Shown in pieces: positions 12,377 through 23,681 of a stretch of DNA of 64,000 nt. Origin of the DNA: Ylistrum balloti (Eukaryota); the NCBI RefSeq assembly GCF_031769215.1, contig NW_026782645.1, forward strand, positions 310,001-374,000, written 5' to 3'. The translations under genes were made by a program, and so were the position numbers. Numbering within the stretch: the first letter of the stretch is position 1; every line of letters starts with the position of its first letter. A model generated the notes under the pieces. The model saw only the letters and a list, made by a program, of their open reading frames with translations. It was not told the DNA's origin and ran no database searches.

Positions 12377-13128
12377 AAGGTAGGCAACGTAGGGAATTAG
12401 CAATTTCCACCCTCTGTAAGTTCATTGTTTCGAGTTCTAGACTAATCATTTCTTCATTTTGGTTTACAGTATATAAATAGTTGTACATACAAGAGTCTTT
12501 AAAATGATATTGACGACTGCCTGCAAAAGATATCAGTGATATGGTAGAGTAACGACCGGTTTGTCCGTAATCTGTATAATGTGACAAAAACATGTCTCGG
12601 TCATGATATATACCCAAGGGTTTCCTCACAGGAGCGAGCGTTAAACAAGAGGTGAAATGTGTAGTATCATGGACGAGGGTAAGTGAGAAACAGTTGTTTA
12701 GAAAGAAAAAAAAACTTTGGATAAAGTCACCTCTTACGAATGTTAAAAAACAGGGCTATTAGTTCTGTTCTCACGCCCTACCTGTAGCTCACTCAAAAGG
12801 GGAGCGGCATCATGTCTGGAACTGAAGTATCTTTTTTATAGGAGATATAAAACCCTATATATATATATAGACCAGCTGACACTGAGAACAATGGATACAA
12901 CAGACCTTCTACATAAACCACTTACCTTGATATTTTCCTTCAACTTAACAATGACAACATACGTTAAAGTTATCTTCCCTTTCTTTTTAACATCTACTTA
13001 AAATGTTAGTTTGATATTCAAGGTTTCATGAACATCATGCATACAAAATATTATAAGGACACAAAGATTTTAACTCAATGTGTCACAGGATACTAAAAAT
13101 CTACTTCTCTAGAACCGAAATCTAGTCT

Positions 13129-13607
13129 TTAACGGTCACACGTGTCTTTAAGTAGATGTGACGAGTAAAGTGTGGACGACTTGAGTCGGACGAAAGCATC
13201 CCATACAATTCTGGGTAAGTAATGATAACTCTGGAAACCGGTCTCTCCGTACACTTTGATACGTTGTAGGTAGCCAATCAACACAGATATAACATCTTCT
13301 AAGTCGCCTACGTCATCATTAGGGTAGTCTAGCAAGGAAATATTTGGTGACGTCACCATCAATGCCACTTCCGCTTGGTTACCCGGCCACTGTTTTTTAA
13401 AAGTCGCTACTGTTCTAAGCCCCATGTGGGGTTTCTGGACAATGATTAACGTTTTAGGTATCTTATCATTTCGCTTCAACAGTTTGTAACTGTATTTAAA
13501 ATTTTCGCCGGTATTTTGAGAATTTTCTTCAGTAAGTATTTTGTTTTCTGGTACTCCCAGGGAAACCGCCACATCACGAAATATCTCGGCTTCACTTTTA
13601 CGCCATC
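13129..13607 (-). CDS. DUF218 protein exon 3 (GWRKSEAEIFRDVAVSLGVPENKILTEENSQNTGEN...VQKPHMGLRTVATFKKQWP...), stop at 13129; total CDS 786 nt, 261 aa
   Basis: SEAE.F...A...GVP...I..E..S.NTGEN and VQKP.M..R DUF218 motifs; ttcacag acceptor, phase 1 matches exon 2. Confidence 0.92.
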
Positions 13608-13952
13608 CTGTGAACCAAAAAATGGAAATAATAATTATATTTTTTAAAAAAAAGAAGAATAAAACATACATACAGAAATTTGATGTGTTGGAGCGACATT
13701 CATGCTCCCGTCGGTAACCGTGGAGAAGACTAAATTTTTAACTTATATTATTGGCTTGAAATAAGACCAAAAGTCCTGCACCCAGAGAAAGGATCTGGAA
13801 TCGCCGATAAAGAATCTGCCTGAAGATTGTCTTTATTGTTTTCACTGGAGTTAGGCAAGACTCTCGAATACTAGTCCTACCTATTTTGTGAAAACTTTTG
13901 AAGTTTGGAAAAAAATAATTGACCAAAACCAAATCAGAATATTACTATGCAA

Positions 13953-14722
13953 CAATACACAGGGACTTGGCACGAATCCCGCGGTCCAAATACACAGGGA
14001 CTTGGCACGAATCCCGCGGTCCAAATACACAGGGACTTGGCACGAATCCCGCGGTCCAAATACACAGGGACTTGGCACGAATCCCGCGGTCCATGTATGT
14101 TAAATCATTTCCAACAATACACAGGGACTTGGCACGAATCCCGCGGTCCATGTATGTTAAATCATTTCCAACAATACACAGGGACTTGGCACGAATCCCG
14201 CGGTCCATGTATGTTAAATCATTTCCAACAATACACAGGGACTTGGCACGAATCCCGCGGTCCAAATACACAGGGACTTGGCACGAATCCCGCGGTCCAT
14301 GTATGTTAAATCATTTCCAACAGTACACAGGGACTTGGCACGAATCCCGCGGTCCATGTATGTTAAATCATTTCCAACAGTACACAGGGACTTGGCACGA
14401 ATCCCGCGGTCCATGTATGTTAAATCATTTCCAACAGTACACAGGGACTTGGCACGAATCCCGCGGTCCATGTATGTTAAATCATTTCCAACAGTACACA
14501 GGGACTTGGCACGAATCCCGCGGTCCATGTATGTTAAATCATTTCCAACAGTACACAGGGACTTGGCACGAATCCCGCGGTCCATGTATGTTAAATCATT
14601 TCCAACAGTACACAGGGACTTGGCACGAATCCCGCGGTCCATGTATGTTAAATCATTTCCAACAATACACAGGGACTTGGCACGAATCCCGCGGTCCATG
14701 TATGTTAAATCATTTCCAACAG
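13953..14722. repeat. Mixed 36-bp / 57-bp tandem repeat running into the LINE 5' end
   Basis: aatacacagggacttggcacgaatcccgcggtcca with or without tgtatgttaaatcatttccaac. Confidence 0.96.
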
Positions 14723-15618
14723 TACTGCTAAAATTGGAAATTAGGAGTGAACACCCAGAAAACTAAAACTTTCATTTTTTCTAAAAGAAAGAATAAAACT
14801 AGAAATAGTTTTTTACTTTACAATAACGAACTTGATATACAAAGCTCGTTCCCCTACCTAGGAGTTCTTTTTAATTACAATGGTAGTTTTGCCGCGGCAA
14901 AAAAACACTTGTCTGAGCAAGCTCGAAAAGCCCTGTTTGTAGTATACCGAAAAATAAGAAATATTGATTTACCGCTTGATTTGAAATTGAAATTATTTGA
15001 TGCATTGGTATCCCCGATTTTATTATATTCAAGAGAAATATGGGGATATGAGAACTGTTATCTTATTGAAAAGATACATTTACAATTTTGTAAGAGAATT
15101 TTGGGGTTGAAGAAAAGTACAACCAATTTTATGGTCTACGGAGAAATCGGAAGATACCCTATTACTATAGATATTAAATTAAGAATGGTTAAATATTGGT
15201 ACTCACTAATCCTGAATGAGAATAAATTATCAAGTTGCATGTATAAATTGATGTATTCACTCAACGAAACAGGCCAAATAGAATTCAAATGGAAAAACTG
15301 CATCAAAAATATTTTAAACAGTGTTGGATTAGGTCATGTATGGATGTTTCAGAAAACTTGTTTACCACATATCAGTTTTTTAAAATCTGAAGTTGCTCAG
15401 AGACTGAAGGACCAGTTTGTCCAATCTTGGTTTGACGAAATGGGAAAATCGTCCAGAGGACAAGTATATAGTATTTTCAAAAATGAATTTGGTATTGAAG
15501 ACTATTTATTACGGTTGAATTAAAAAAGATGCAGAATTTATCTGTAAATTCAGAACAGCAAATGTTAAATTACCGGTAGAATTAAGTAGATAAAAATCTT
15601 GAAATCTTGAAATCTTGT
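14700..15618 (+). mobile_element. Truncated, decayed non-LTR retrotransposon (LINE) fragment: RT C-terminal region, in intron 2 of the DUF218 gene
   Basis: YC*NWKLGVNTQKTK...YLGV...LFDALVSPILLY...IWG...YGEIGRYP...KFRTANVKLPVE; stops at 14729 and 15521, a frameshift, and an (aaatcttg)3 tail. Clade not assignable by eye. Confidence 0.88.
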
Positions 15619-15992
15619 ATTGTGTCACTAATATATGTGGACCGTGGGTTGGGAATTCGTACCAAGTCCCTGTGCATACCATATCATATTTCTTCGGAAA
15701 TGATATTATGACGGAATGAAGGACAAGAGTAGCACTATAGGGTCACAAAATGGCTGGGTGTAAAATAAACAAACTCCAAATTACACATACATATTGATGG
15801 AAGAGAACCAAAACTGAAAGTCACCACAATAATCTCAATCTATACAACTGTCATTATTTAAATGTTCTTAACATTTCATTTTACATATTGCTAGCATGTG
15901 TCGCGTTGGACGAGTAGTTAAGGCGTCGGATCGTCTTTACCCCTCCCCCACCCAACCCCCCAACGCCCTCCCCCACCTCAGATATTATATCT

Positions 15993-16161
15993 NNNNNNNN
16001 NNNNNNNNNNNNNNNNNNNNNNNNNNNNNNNNNNNNNNNNNNNNNNNNNNNNNNNNNNNNNNNNNNNNNNNNNNNNNNNNNNNNNNNNNNNNNNNNNNNN
16101 NNNNNNNNNNNNNNNNNNNNNNNNNNNNNNNNNNNNNNNNNNNNNNNNNNNNNNNNNNNNN
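15993..16161. other. Assembly gap (N run)
   Basis: Ns; further gaps at 36864-37045 and 53645-53773. Confidence 0.99.
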
Positions 16162-16392
16162 CTGTCTGCCCCACCCTCTCTCTGTCTGTCTCTGTCTGAC
16201 CCCCTCCCCCCTCCCCCTCCTCTCTCTCTCTCTCTGTATTTCATGACATGGATGATACGGGACTTTCAATTCTAAACAAACATTCCCCATAAGTGAATTA
16301 TAACTAAATGCTGTACCTTTTTGTACAGTTTGCAATAAATGAAATGTAAGTAGTTAATACTTTGTTCTATACTATATCATTTTAATCCATAC

Positions 16393-16516
16393 CTCTTGTT
16401 AAATTTCCGGATTTGCCAGAAAACATCAGAAAGTCTCCGTATCCGTTTAACCAGAGACGAGACGCCTCCATAGCAACTCTTTTATCGTGACTTCCGAGGC
16501 CAAGTATCAGATCACT
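16393..16516 (-). CDS. DUF218 protein exon 2 (SDLILGLGSHDKRVAMEASRLWLNGYGDFLMFSGKSGNLTR)
   Basis: LGSHD.RVA..A..L and FSG..G.LT motifs; tttccag acceptor, GTATGG donor; 124 nt. Confidence 0.9.
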
Positions 16517-17144
16517 CTGGAAAGGTACACAGGTTAATATTAACGTTTATGTTTTAGTGGTGATGTTATTTTAGAGCGCAATTTTTGCTGAAAGTATGCG
16601 CTGAAATATGGCTCCGCTAATCGTCGGTATGTTTTGTTTATGTCAACCCGATGATAAATTCGCGCGTTCAATAATAATTGCTATATTTAAACCATACACA
16701 GAAGTAACAATTAGTGTTGTCATATTTTAGCGCAATACTTTCAGTGTGAAAATCGTTAAAGTGAATCGTAGGTCTGTAAGAGATACTGGGGCCTTTTGAA
16801 ACAGAAAAGTACGACTAACGGAAATCACAAATAAAAACAAATTTTATGATTTAGTAAATCGTTGTCACTTTGTATGATGGAATGATTTTAAAAATTTTAA
16901 TAATTTCTCATAAAAAAGTGGACACAACCCTGGTTCTATGAAGATACATTTATGGTTACTTGTATGAACATATGTACACAAATACATCGGCTCTCTATAC
17001 TATATTCACGAGTATAAAAAAGCGAGAGTATTTTCAAGGCGAGACAGGGCAAAATTAAACGTCATTGTTTCCGAGTGTTTACGGAAATATTTACGGACAT
17101 TACCGAAGATATTTGTTTACCTCTGTGGCGAAAAATGATCTTAC

Positions 17145-17327
17145 CTTTTGTAATTTATCGTTTACTCGCAGAAATTTCCAAACTGTTAATGCATCGCGTA
17201 TATGGTTTTCTGGAATCAGTCTGCATGTATCGTTTTCTCTGTCATAGGTGGCATTTGTACTTAACGGAGTGAGTACAGAGGATAGAAAGAATATCACGAG
17301 GTGAACCTTCCACTGGGTCAGGGCCAT
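17145..17327 (-). CDS. DUF218 (YdcF/SanA/ElyC-like, SCO4629-like) protein, exon 1 with probable signal peptide (MALTQWKVHLVIFFLSSVLTPLSTNA...DALTVWKFLRVNDKLQK)
   Basis: ATG 17327, AAG|GTAAGA donor, 61 codons; the A..VW.FL....L.K segment matches the family N-terminus. Confidence 0.8.
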
Positions 17328-18102
17328 GTTGACAGATCGGACTAAATCCTGATAACACGGCCCGTACATAACTTAAAGTTCTGTTAGTCTTGATATCACA
17401 ATAACAATTTTCTAGTTTTCAAATAGTTTACTTCAAAGTGTAGTTTTGTTGACATCACTGATAGTAGCTGTTTGTTCCGAAATGACTTGCTACAGGTTCA
17501 TGAAAGTGTATATTGTCGCAATGTTATATCCAAGTTTTCATATAATCATGTGTGTAGAAACACTTTATTTACAAAATAGCGTGATTCGTTTTGTTTCTTA
17601 CAGTACTGATAAATGTTGAGTTGATTTTCAATTTTGACGAATATGTAGATTTCCATTTGATACAGTATATATGATATGATTAGTGATGATTTTATATACC
17701 GTTAAAGCGACGATTATTGTGAAACATTTGTTTTATTTTTGTTAAAGCGTTAGAGATATATTGCAGCGTATTCGATTTGTTCCATTATATCTCGGACCAT
17801 TTATATTTAAGTATGTGTGATTATACATACATCGTGTATTCGACAAACACAGAAAATGATGTATTCAAAATTCATAGCGCCAAGGCAAACTATTTGAAAA
17901 GGATTGCACAAGGAGAATGATACAAAGTGATCCGGAAGAATAAGCGTCTTCTGCTTCATTGACAAAACCCGCCTTATGAATCTTGGTCAATCCAAGAAAG
18001 TACTTTCACGTTCTCAAATGAGAACTAGAACTTGATTATAGATTTTACACAGTTAAATGTATATCTCTCATACAGAATACAAGCGCTGATGATTGCTACA
18101 TA

Positions 18103-18185
18103 CAGTCGAACCTCGTTATCTCGAACTCGACGGATCCTGGGGGAAAAAAACTTCGAAATAAGTGAGTTTTCGATTAAAGTGAGTC
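18103..18185. mobile_element. Partial MITE with the same terminal repeat, just 3' of the innexin 1 stop
   Basis: TA|CAGTCGAACCTCGTTATCTCGAACTC; second end not found. Confidence 0.65.
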
Positions 18186-18275
18186 AGTCGAAAGGTTTGT
18201 GTAAAGTTAAGAAATGTTGTTTTCAGAAGAGTGGGGTTTGTTTAACGTTAATTTAAAACGTGCAGCGCACGTTCA

Positions 18276-19518
18276 TCAGTGTCTTTCTGTAAGATTACTT
18301 TCGATTCCTTCTTGCTCTTCGTCTTCAGATTGTTTACGTGAGTACCTGTCCCAGAGTCGGTGTATGACGTCATCAACAACAGGCTTGCGGTTTAACTGCC
18401 AGAGATACAATAACACGTCTAACTTCAAATACTCGTGCACGAAACTACGGACAATTAAATTGCTTCTTAACTTCTCTGTATTGAAGTATTTGCTTAGTTG
18501 ATAAGAGTTTATTTTCTCGATTGTTTTAAAACTTATACGTTGTAAAGTAATCACATGATAAAAGAATGAAAATATATTCAAAATGGACACACAAAATAGA
18601 GTTACCCAGATCAGCAGAAATAGTTTCTCGTTGATCATATTAGACGGTAGAGCACATTGAATTGTATATACTTGTTGGTTAGCCTGCTGACGAATGTTCA
18701 GATCGCAGAAAGCTGATCTAGGGAATCGCCTGTGGTCTTCCCACATTAAATCTGGCATGTTTGAAAAGTAATCAGAACCAAATTTTATAAAATCAATTCC
18801 AAGCAGGAATTCCACAAGATAAAATTGAGAAATAGAATTCACTACCATGAACACGTCTGTAATCACCAACCAGATTGTGTAGCGATACCCGGTCAGGAAA
18901 GGAAAGACTATCTCCGGAAAACACATGTCAGAATTCCGTAAGTCTATTAAACGAATAAAATAGTTTTCGATATTTTTGATAACTTCCTCTTTCATCTTTG
19001 GTTCAGTTTCATCATCTTTCTTTCCAAATACATATGTATCCATGATATCAAGGCAGCAGTTGTGATGAAATCCCTCTCTGTTGGCTCCTAGTCTCCATAG
19101 AAACCGGGGTATACAAAATAAAACAGCCTGAAGAATTAGAATATATGTTACCCAGGGATAATATTTCAGAAATTTTTCGTCGTCCTCATTTTCATCTCTA
19201 CTATCAAAACTGGGTTGGCTTTGTAAGGATTCATCAAACGCCACAGAATAAAACCCTTGTACAAAGCATGCGTAGTTTGTGTAATGGACACGTGACTTTG
19301 AAAACTCTGCCGGACAGTAACAGAAGACGGACACTCCTTCATTGTCCTTAGCGAGGAAGACGTCGAGACCATACGAGAGGAAAGACGATATGAAAAGAAC
19401 AGCAGCAACATATATGTTTAATCTTTGACAGAAACTGTCTCCTGAATCACTCAACTTCCGCAAACGACGGGTCAAGTTGAAGAATTTCTCGATCGGTAGA
19501 CTGTAAGAAAACAAATTC
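18276..19518 (-). CDS. inx: Innexin 1 (divergent), main exon; predicted 421 aa with exon at 22819-22841
   Basis: DSFCQRLN, FCYCP..F......NYAC, YYPWV, FPRSAFCDLNIR, QCALPSNMINEKLF, LDVLLYL; four TM segments; tacag acceptor at 19519, phase 2. Confidence 0.93.
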
Positions 19519-19677
19519 CTGTATCTTAATACAAGTAACAGAGCACCAATATAAGTGAAAATAAAGTTTTACAGAAATAACAGTGAAAAAACTTAAAACA
19601 AACTCAAAGAAAGCGTGAATGTATTTTGATGTAAATAATAAAAATGTATTTATCTTGCTTTGTTATAAACAACAGGT

Positions 19678-22278
19678 GTGACCTTTACAATATGTGTAGT
19701 GACCTTGACAATATGTGTAGTGACCTTTTTAATAATTGAAGTGACCTTTACAATATGTGTAGTGACCTTTACAATAGTTGTAGTGACCTTTACAATAGTT
19801 GTAGTGACCTTTATAATAATTGTAGTGACCTTTACAATATGTGTAGTGACCGTTACAATATGTTTAGTGACCTTTACAATATGTGTAGTGACCTTTACAA
19901 TAGTTATAGTGACCTTTACAATATGTGTAGTGACCTTTACAATAGTTGTTATGACATTTACAATATGTGTAGTGACCTTTGCATTAGGTGAAGTGACCTT
20001 TACAATATGTGTAGTGACTTTTACAATAGTTGTTGTGACCTTTACAATAGTTCTAGTGGCCTTTACAATAAGTGTGACCTATACAATAGTTATAGTGACC
20101 TTTACAATAGTTGTAGTGAACTTTACAATAGTTGAAATGACCTTTACAATATGTGTAGTGACCTTTACAATAGTTGTAGTGACCTTCACAATAGTTGTAG
20201 TGACCTTTATAATAATTGTAGTGACCGTTACAATATGTGTAGTGACCTTTACAATATGTGTAGTGACCTTTACAATAGTTATAGTGACCTTTACAATATG
20301 TGTAGTGACCTTTACAATAGTTGTTATGACATTTACAATATGTGTAGTGACCTTTGCATTAGGTGAAGTGACCTTTACAATATGTGTAGTGACCTTTACA
20401 ATATGTGTAGTGACCTTTACAATATGTGTAGTGACTTTTACAATAGTTGTTGTGACCTTTACAATAGTTGTAGTGACCATTAAAATATGTGTAGTGACCT
20501 ATACAATAGTTATAGCGACCTTTACAATAGTTGTAGTGATCTTTACAATATGTGTAGTGACCTTTACAATATGTGTATTGACCTTTACAATAGTTGTAGT
20601 GGCCTTTACAATATGTGTAGTGACCTTCACAATAGTTGTAGTGACCTTTAAAATAGTTGTAGTGACCTTTAGAATATGTGTAGTGACCTTTACAATATGT
20701 GTAGTGACCTTTACAATAGTTGTTGTGACCTTTACAATAGTTGTAGTGACCATTACAATAATTGTAGTGACCTATACAATAGTTATAGTGACCTTTACAA
20801 TAGTTGTAGTTGTAGTGACCTTTTAAATAATTGTACTGACCTATACAATAATTATAGTGACCTTTACAATATGTGAAGTGACCTTTACAATAGTTGTAGC
20901 GACCTTTACAATAGTTGTAGTTGTAGTGACCTTTTAAATAATTGTACTGACCTATACAATAATTATAGTGACCTTTACAATATGTGAAGTGACCTTTACA
21001 ATAGTTGTAGCGACCTTTACAATAGTTTTAGTGACCTTTACAGTAGTTGTTGTGACCTTTGCAATATGTGTAGTAACCTTTACAATAGTTGTTGTGACCT
21101 TTACAATATGTGTAGTGACCTTTTTAATAATTGTAATGACCTTTACAATAATTGTTGTGACCTTTACAATATGTGTAGTGACCTTTACAATAGTTGTAGT
21201 GGCCTTTACAATATGTGTAGTGACCTTCACAATAGTTGTAGTGACCTTTAAAATAGTTGTAGTGACCTTTAGAATATGTGTAGTGACCTTTACAATATGT
21301 GTAGTGACCTTTACAATAGTTGTTGTGACCTTTACAATAGTTGTAGTGACCATTACAATAATTGTAGTGACCTATACAATAGTTATAGTGACCTTTACAA
21401 TAGTTGTAGTTGTAGTGACCTTTTTAATAATTGTAGTGACCTATACAATAGTTATAGTGACCTTTACAATATGTGAAGTGACCTTTACAATAGTTGTAGC
21501 GACCTTTAAAATAGTTGTAGTGACCTTTGGAATATGTGTAGTGACCTTTGCAATATGTGTAGTGACCTTTACAGTAGTTGTTGTGACCTTTACAATATGT
21601 GTAGTGACCTTTACAATAGTTATAGTGACCTTTACAATAGTTGTAGTGACCTTTACAATATGTGTAATGACCTTTACAATAATTGTTGTGACCTTTACAA
21701 TATGTGTAGTGACCTTTACAATAGTTGTAGTGACCATTACAATAGTTGTAGTGACCTTTACAATAGTTGTAGTGGCCTTTACAATATGTGTAGTGACCTT
21801 CACAATAGTTGTAGTGACCTTTAAAATAGTTGTAGTGACCTTTAGAATATGTGTAGTGACCTTTACAATATGTGTAGTGACCTTTACAATAGTTGTTGTG
21901 ACCTTTACAATAGTTGTAGTGACCTTTACAATAGTTGTAGTGACCTTTACAATAGTTGTAGTGACCATTACAATAGTTGTAGTGACCTTTACAATAGTTG
22001 TAGTGGCCTTTACAATATGTGTAGTGACCTTCACAATAGTTGTAGTGACCTTTAAAATAGTTGTAGTGACCTTTGCAATATGTGTAGTGACCTTTACAGT
22101 AGTTGTTGTGACCTTTACAATATGTGTAGTGACCTTTACAATAGTTGTAGTGACCTTTACAATAGTTGTAGTGACCTTTACAATATGTGTAGTGACCTTT
22201 ACAATATGTGTAATGACCTTTACAATAGTTGTAGTGACCTTTACAATATGTGAAGTGACCTTTATAATAGTTGTAGTG
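19678..22278. repeat. 21-bp minisatellite (~124 copies) in the innexin 1 intron
   Basis: gtagtgacctttacaat(agtt/atgt) units. Confidence 0.97.
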
Positions 22279-22818
22279 TGAAAATGAGTAGCAACGTTTT
22301 CTCTACTACTCAAAAACACTCAGAAATCGGGGGTAGGGGAGAATGTGTTAGATAATTAATTTTAATATAAAAGAATTGATGTCAAAAACACAGAACTTTT
22401 TTCATTTTCTTAAAATTCGTTTAATGTCTCAATATAACAATTACATTGGTTAAGCTTACATATGATTTATTATAGAAAAATTGGAATTAGAATAGTTTGC
22501 GTATAACGACAATGTGGAACCCCAGCACAATGATAATTAATATCTAGAATAATCATACCGTTTACAAAGCACATGCAGAGTCCTTCATGTATCATTAAAC
22601 ATTTGTATTCGTTAATTGATAAAATAAAACATTACAGTAGTCATTTAATGCTAGTGACCGACTCACAAGTCAATAACCCAACCCCCCAACCCCCCCCCCC
22701 CCCTCCCCCCCAACCCCCCAAATCCGCCGAACGTTACACCGGAATGACTGCCAAAATAGCGAGATGCATAGGACCACAAGTATATCATTAGAAACTTAAA
22801 AAGTTTTATCATACTTAC

Positions 22819-22841
22819 TCGGCCGAAAATATTTTCGTCAT
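22819..22841 (-). CDS. inx: Innexin 1 first coding exon (MTKIFSAE)
   Basis: ATGACGAAAATATTTTCGGCCGA|GTAAGT: 23 nt, phase 2 matches the main-exon acceptor. Confidence 0.7.
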
Positions 22842-23681
22842 TTCCCACAGATGTCTCAAACGTCGTTTGCGGTTTTTTGTTGGTGTGCTTCAACGATATC
22901 AGAGTGAGTAAGTCAGTCAGCCAGGAAGTGTCACGAACGAAAACGTTTCGGCTAACTTTGATAACGGTGATAATTTTTGAGGGGATTTTTGGGCGGAAAT
23001 AAGGTTATCTAGCCGGAGTGTACTCCAAATTGCACGATAATCTGATATGGTTGTAGGGAACTCACCGCTAACTTCTGTCACCTGGGCTGGAGATGTCCCC
23101 CATTTCAAGTGTGTTCATACGAAGAATATGATGCAATATTGATTGGATTCGGTGACAGAAAACATTTGACGCATTAGATGTACTGGAAAGGTCAGTTAAG
23201 ATTTTTCGTGGTACATCTTAACTTATAGGCGAATTTCAAAGGCGGTTATTTATTTCCAGAACTCGAAATGTGTTTAAACTCATTAAATGAAATAAATGTT
23301 ATACCAAATAAGGAATCAAATATCGAACTAATGACCAAATGCGACAAGAAGAAATAAGGAACACCTGAAAGCCGACACAACACTAGGGAATACCCCCTCC
23401 TCCAAACCCTCACTCCGGAAAAAAGGAAGACTCTATGCTATCCAGATGAGTTCACATATGTCTCTTAATACAGTATTTGGAATCGGGCAATGAGCAATGA
23501 TATCGTCAATGAAAATATACGATGGTATTTTGGTTTCCAACAACGGACCAGCCACAGTGGAAATTTAGACAAGCTGTTGCCTTATCGATGTTGGACGCAA
23601 AGACGTTTGACCATGCAACGCCCGCAAAATGTCATCTTCTCCCTTCTAGAATTATGTCTTGAATCTTATGTCCCGCAATTT

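Noticed and set aside
10783-12629. Repeat ORFs (TASLMYPASLNVY) with a unique ~85-aa leader (GIYHDRDMF...); CTGATG in the unit resembling a hammerhead or C/D box
   Set aside because: No recognisable domain or good acceptor for the leader; the unit has CUGAUGU, no stem II followed by GAAA and no stem III
13919-14766. IHRDLAR peptide resembling a kinase catalytic loop; GGGAC..GUCC pairing suggesting an HDV-like ribozyme
   Set aside because: No other kinase motifs; could not build the nested double pseudoknot (P1.1/P3/L3) of HDV-like ribozymes
19678-22319. Long ORFs (VTFTIVV.. / VKVTTTI.. / CSDLYN..) on both strands, superficially mucin- or ice-binding-like
   Set aside because: By-product of a 21-bp repeat with stop-free frames inside the innexin 1 intron; no splice signals or unique domain
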